64,000 nt of DNA from a virus. This document shows, in pieces, positions 60,272 to 64,000 of the stretch (position 1 is its first letter; each line of letters begins with the position of its first letter). Location: IMG/VR virus record IMGVR_UViG_3300037493_003022, positions 49,046-113,045 of that record. One strand, 5' to 3'. A program made the translations under genes and the position numbers. Below the pieces are notes generated by a model, which had not been told where the DNA came from, searched no databases, and saw nothing but the letters and a program-made list of their open reading frames with translations.

Positions 60272-63029
60272 AGGCTTTCTCCCTTACTTTGCCATCACTC
60301 TTTGCGGAGTTCCAGTTGTCACCAATACCTGGAACAGCAGTCATTGGAGCGCGAAGAGCAACGGCATGTTCCATATGGCGTTGAACATCAGAAGCAGCCT
60401 CTTCAATAAAATCCTCAGTGGCTTCAAAAATAAGTTCGTCGTGAACCTGGGACAGAAGCTTAGCTTTCCCTTTACCCGTGTAGTAGTCATATAACACATC
60501 TCGAGAAAGCCACTCTTGATACAGATTCCTCATGGCGATTTTGATAACGTCAGAAACACTACCTTGGTCGGGAGTATTGCTAGCTTCATGTTGAGCTAGC
60601 ATTCGCTTATATGAGTTCTTATTACGTATGTCCTCGATGTAGCGAATCCGCCCGGTGATAGTCCTAACGTACCCGTGCTGTTCTGCGTACTTGTGCATCC
60701 TCTCATGGTATTTTCTAACGAGTGGATAAGTTCTATGCCAGGCATCCCAAAGTCGCTGTGCCTCTTTTTCAGAGACTCCAACGATTTTTCCTTCTTTGTT
60801 TTTCGTGTCTTTAAGTTGTCCCTGAAGAGTTTTCGTTCCCATCTCATAGATGAGTCCAAGATTAATGACCTTTCCAGTAGGACGATCGCATTTACAATTT
60901 TCAGCGGTAAGACTGTGTAGGTCAAGACCCTCGTTGTACGCTTTCAGTAGCATGGGATCTTGGGAAAGATGGGCCATCATAACAAGGTCTGCTTGGGAAT
61001 AGTCAGCGACTCCCATCTTCCAACCTTTGGAAGCTATAAACGCATTTCTTATCTTATGGCCTTCTTCTGACTTCTGAGGAATATTTTGCAGGTTAGGGTC
61101 TGAGGAATTATGATTTATGAAACCTTGGGCTACATAGGAATGATCTTCTTCTACTTCGATGTCATAGACTTCCATTGTTCCCAAAGAGAAGATTGAAGCA
61201 ATCCTATTCGCTTTTGGTGTAATCTCTGGTGACCAGCCAGAGAGCACAATGCAAGGTTGTCTAACTCGTTGTTCAATGGATTCTCGTCTATGTGATGAAC
61301 TACTAAGGAGCTTGGAAGATTCTCCGGGGAAATCTTCAGTGCCTGCGACATAACTATCCGATGAACAAAGTAGCGGACATCTCCTACTAGAGCTGTCAGA
61401 TATCCCTTGCAATCCGAGCAAACGCCCTTCCAATTGTGATGGTTCTCTCCTAGCTTCCCCTTCATGGGATTCTGATCTCCCATCTTGCTCCTGGAGTACC
61501 TCAGTTGTTTCTCCAATACCATCCGTTCTGGATCTACATTCTGCTGGAGAATGGCAACAACTGTATGGTAAGTTGTTTTTAACCGGGAACGTATCTGTTG
61601 TATCGTTGGCTTCTCTGGATCTACTAAATACTGTTCCAACACCATCTTCACTGAAACAGGGTCGTTCAGGACCTTCTTCGACACAGACATTAAACACCTC
61701 TTCTCCTGAGGAGAGTTCGCCCAAAGAACACCAACCATCTGGAGTGAGAAATCTGTGCTCTTTGGTACAGTCTATTCTGCACCCAGACTCTAAAACGACC
61801 CGGAACATTGTGTCAAGACCTTTGAGAATCTTCCTGACTATAGGTCGATATCTTCCTCGATGAGTTAGAATTTCGTCGCCTTTTATGACTTCATACTCGG
61901 AAATCTTAAAGTCTCCGCGAGTGGTTTTAAGAAGAGTATCTCCAGATACACATGCGAGACGTCCGGTACGAGTTCCACATTGATTAAAATCACCCCGTAG
62001 TCTTTCGTCCTCGTAAAGTTTACAATGCTCAATTAAAGGAAGGGTGTAGGTACTACAGAGCTTATCTAACCGTTGGAATCTAGACTTGAGTTCGTATGCC
62101 CTATAAGCGTCAGTGTCTTTAGAAATTGCATTTCCGACTCGTTCGAGGTGCCCGGCATCGACAGAATAGAATCCTGATTTGCCACGCTCAAACTTGAGCT
62201 GCTCGGCTGGCCACCATTGGAGGTCTTCATACAATCGTCGTGACACTGCTTGAGAACTTGAGATAGAGACGCCAACCAAGGCTTCAAACTGTCGGCGAAC
62301 TTCTTCAAGCTCTGTTCGGAATTCGGTGTCAAGGTCATCCAGATACTCCATGTCGATGTTGAAGCCGGATTCTTTCATGTGAACGAGAACTGGAATGAAA
62401 GGCATCTCCAAGTCGGTAAACACCTTGGTCAACTGTAGCTCTTCAAGTTCAGGCAACCAAAGATCAGCAAGACGAAGACACTGGAGAGCATCGTCGGCGC
62501 AATACTTGGTCATCGTGTCGATTGGAACATGGAACGCCTTGGAACGAGAGTTCATCACCTCTTCCCAGGTAGTCATGTTGTACTTCAAGTATTCTTTCAC
62601 GGCGGCTTTTAATTTAAGTCCACCCGCACCCTGAAGTTTCTTACCGAGAAGATATTGAAGAACCATTGAGTCGCGGATTTTATACTTAGGTTTAATGCGC
62701 AAAGTGCGAGAAACCATATACTCGAACTTGGCATTGTGAGCCCAGATTTCTTTAGTATGGTCAGTGAGTACGTTCTCAAGTATCGTCATGACTCGTTGAC
62801 GATTGGCATTGATACCGCTCGCGTGCATCATGGGAACGTAACAAGACTCTCCATCTGGGAAAGCGAATCCAGCCCCAACGACTTCTATTTTGTCGTGTTC
62901 AAGGGCAGCTTTTTCGTTGCTGGAAAAGCTAGCTGTTTCGTAATCGAGTCCTATTGAGTCAGCGGCAGCTAATTTCTCTGCCAACTTAGACAACTCTGAT
63001 GTTGTGGCTACGGTGTAGGCTTCTGACAT
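60249..63029 (-). CDS. polA: Family A DNA polymerase with 3'-5' exonuclease and intein (about 644 aa after splicing)
   Basis: DYET, HNAKFE, YCADD; TGRLA/SSDPNLQNIP, DYSQ, K..NLGLIY, QVHDEL. Confidence 0.95.
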   Translation of the reverse strand: MSEAYTVATTSELSKLAEKLAAADSIGLDYETASFSSNEKAALEHDKIEVVGAGFAFPDGESCYVPMMHASGINANRQRVMTILENVLTDHTKEIWAHNAKFEYMVSRTLRIKPKYKIRDSMVLQYLLGKKLQGAGGLKLKAAVKEYLKYNMTTWEEVMNSRSKAFHVPIDTMTKYCADDALQCLRLADLWLPELEELQLTKVFTDLEMPFIPVLVHMKESGFNIDMEYLDDLDTEFRTELEEVRRQFEALVGVSISSSQAVSRRLYEDLQWWPAEQLKFERGKSGFYSVDAGHLERVGNAISKDTDAYRAYELKSRFQRLDKLCSTYTLPLIEHCKLYEDERLRGDFNQCGTRTGRLACVSGDTLLKTTRGDFKISEYEVIKGDEILTHRGRYRPIVRKILKGLDTMFRVVLESGCRIDCTKEHRFLTPDGWCSLGELSSGEEVFNVCVEEGPERPCFSEDGVGTVFSRSREANDTTDTFPVKNNLPYSCCHSPAECRSRTDGIGETTEVLQEQDGRSESHEGEARREPSQLEGRLLGLQGISDSSSRRCPLLCSSDSYVAGTEDFPGESSKLLSSSSHRRESIEQRVRQPCIVLSGWSPEITPKANRIASIFSLGTMEVYDIEVEEDHSYVAQGFINHNSSDPNLQNIPQKSEEGHKIRNAFIASKGWKMGVADYSQADLVMMAHLSQDPMLLKAYNEGLDLHSLTAENCKCDRPTGKVINLGLIYEMGTKTLQGQLKDTKNKEGKIVGVSEKEAQRLWDAWHRTYPLVRKYHERMHKYAEQHGYVRTITGRIRYIEDIRNKNSYKRMLAQHEASNTPDQGSVSDVIKIAMRNLYQEWLSRDVLYDYYTGKGKAKLLSQVHDELIFEATEDFIEEAASDVQRHMEHAVALRAPMTAVPGIGDNWNSAKSDGKVREKAYVRSTAK
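61107..61952 (-). mobile_element. Intein (282 aa) in DNA polymerase
   Basis: GRLA|CVSGDTLL...CTKEHRFL...VYDIEVEEDHSY..QGFINHN|S. Confidence 0.92.
61151..61690 (-). CDS. HNH homing endonuclease nested out of frame inside the polymerase intein (179 aa)
   Basis: Own SD AGGAGAAGAGGTG; GENHHNWKG, KGY, VHRIVM, VVHHIDENPLNNELDNL, HQRLH. Confidence 0.85.
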   Translation of the reverse strand: MSVSKKVLNDPVSVKMVLEQYLVDPEKPTIQQIRSRLKTTYHTVVAILQQNVDPERMVLEKQLRYSRSKMGDQNPMKGKLGENHHNWKGVCSDCKGYLTALVGDVRYFVHRIVMSQALKISPENLPSSLVVHHIDENPLNNELDNLALCSLAGHQRLHQKRIGLLQSSLWEQWKSMTSK

Positions 63030-63048
63030 GGAGTTCCTTTGTTCAATG

Positions 63049-63080
63049 AAAATGGCCAGGAGATAATTCTCCTGACCGTT
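63049..63080 (-). terminator. Probable terminator between ssb and polA
   Basis: GGTCAGGAGA-ATTA-TCTCCTGGCC followed by ATTTT. Confidence 0.55.
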
Positions 63081-63104
63081 TCCATATGAGAGGGGTTTTA
63101 GAAA

Positions 63105-63803
63105 TCAGAACTTGACGTTGTCTTCTACCTCTCCCTCAACTTCAGTGTTGACAGGAGTGGCATCGTCTTCGTCGTAGCCAACGGGCTCCATGACGCCAGA
63201 GAGAATCTTGACGATCTCCTCTTTGGTCTTCGGGGCAAAAAGTTCCGCGTAGTCGAGCGGAAGAACATCGAGAGGGAGTTCCGTCTTCTCCTCCCAATCG
63301 AAGGTGTCCCCGGTATTGGGACTCTCATCGGTGGCACGGGAAACGTCTACTCGCCAACCCCTCAGACCCTTTTTCTTGTCGGCAGCTTTCTGAAGAATTT
63401 TGCCGACCTTGGTCTTGCATACGAAGAGGCGGATCTCATCCTTGTGGGTCTTCTTGTCAGCCTTGGACTCCCATTCGGAGTGGTCGATCACCGTGTACGC
63501 GCGGGCGAGGTAGGGCTTGTTGTTTCCCTCGCAAAGAGGACAACCCCGGCCGAGGCAGGTAAACCAGTTCTTCCAGTCGTCGTTGATCTTGATCTGATGC
63601 TCCATGAACGCGAACGGGAGGTCATACCCCTTTGGGTGAGTCATTCCGTCAACGAAGGTCAGGATCTTGTTTTTGTCAGCCTTCATCCAGATGCGGGGAA
63701 CCTTACCACCAGCCTCACGGCGCTTCTTCTGCTTCTCCAGTTCAGCATCGAGAGCTTTGTTCGCGCGATCACCTGTGTAGGCCCAACTTGGTGCGTTACC
63801 CAT
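63105..63803 (-). CDS. Single-stranded DNA-binding protein (gp32-like)
   Basis: H...TCLGRGCPLC Zn site, acidic tail ending in F, upstream of the polymerase. Confidence 0.75.
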   Translation of the reverse strand: MGNAPSWAYTGDRANKALDAELEKQKKRREAGGKVPRIWMKADKNKILTFVDGMTHPKGYDLPFAFMEHQIKINDDWKNWFTCLGRGCPLCEGNNKPYLARAYTVIDHSEWESKADKKTHKDEIRLFVCKTKVGKILQKAADKKKGLRGWRVDVSRATDESPNTGDTFDWEEKTELPLDVLPLDYAELFAPKTKEEIVKILSGVMEPVGYDEDDATPVNTEVEGEVEDNVKF

Positions 63804-63873
63804 TCGAGGCTCCTTTTTCTATGTCGCGGTGGACATTTTGGTTACCCGTATTTTTAACAATCAAAAATTTGGG

Positions 63874-63898
63874 CATGAAAAGAGTGTATATGAGAACT
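63874..63898 (-). promoter_or_regulatory. Repeated promoter element (-10 / 6 nt / ATG class)
   Basis: AGTTctcata-TACACT-cttttc-ATGCCC. Confidence 0.6.
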
Positions 63899-64000
63899 TA
63901 ATCAAAGGAAAGATAATTTAATGGGAATTATTCGACTTACAATGCGGAAACATGTCGTTGTAGGGGCCGCCCATTCTTCGAACATGAAAGGCTAAAACCT

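Noticed and set aside
61151-61738. Group I intron explanation for the nested HNH
   Set aside because: The polymerase frame has no stop and carries complete intein blocks at both ends; I see no intron core and none is needed to restore the protein.
1-64000. Stop-codon reassignment
   Set aside because: All conserved genes are full length in the standard code, and TAA, TAG and TGA all end genes at tight junctions.

Overview
This 64 kb window is part of a large tailed dsDNA phage genome (class Caudoviricetes) read with the standard genetic code, with almost every gene on the minus strand. Reading the minus strand from the right end: (1) a replication/recombination module (SSB, family A DNA polymerase, SF2 helicase, RecA, resolvase-like nucleases, ATP-dependent ligase, ParB, Cas4-like nuclease); (2) a DNA-modification cluster (queD, queE, folE, HAD phosphatase, queC, a second radical SAM enzyme, three glycosyltransferases, a DUF1599/Nmad1 protein and a TGT-fold DpdA-like transglycosylase); (3) about 18 kb of small accessory genes including AdoMet decarboxylase and MazG; (4) a ~3.3 kb repeat-rich, poorly coding island holding the only credible plus-strand genes; (5) a methyltransferase/lipoprotein/glycosyltransferase cassette; (6) the head module (terminase, portal, scaffold, N4-gp56-type capsid, head-tail proteins). 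Five inteins sit in four genes. Main highlights: a complete HNH endonuclease gene with its own RBS is overprinted in the +1 frame inside the stop-free DNA polymerase intein; the 7-deazaguanine pathway is linked to glycosyltransferases and an extra radical SAM enzyme, suggesting an undescribed hypermodified base; twelve '-10 box / 6 nt / ATG / CA-rich' promoter elements recur across the window; and two intergenic structured RNA candidates are present, one a tRNA mimic. All calls come from motif recognition by eye; no database searches were run.
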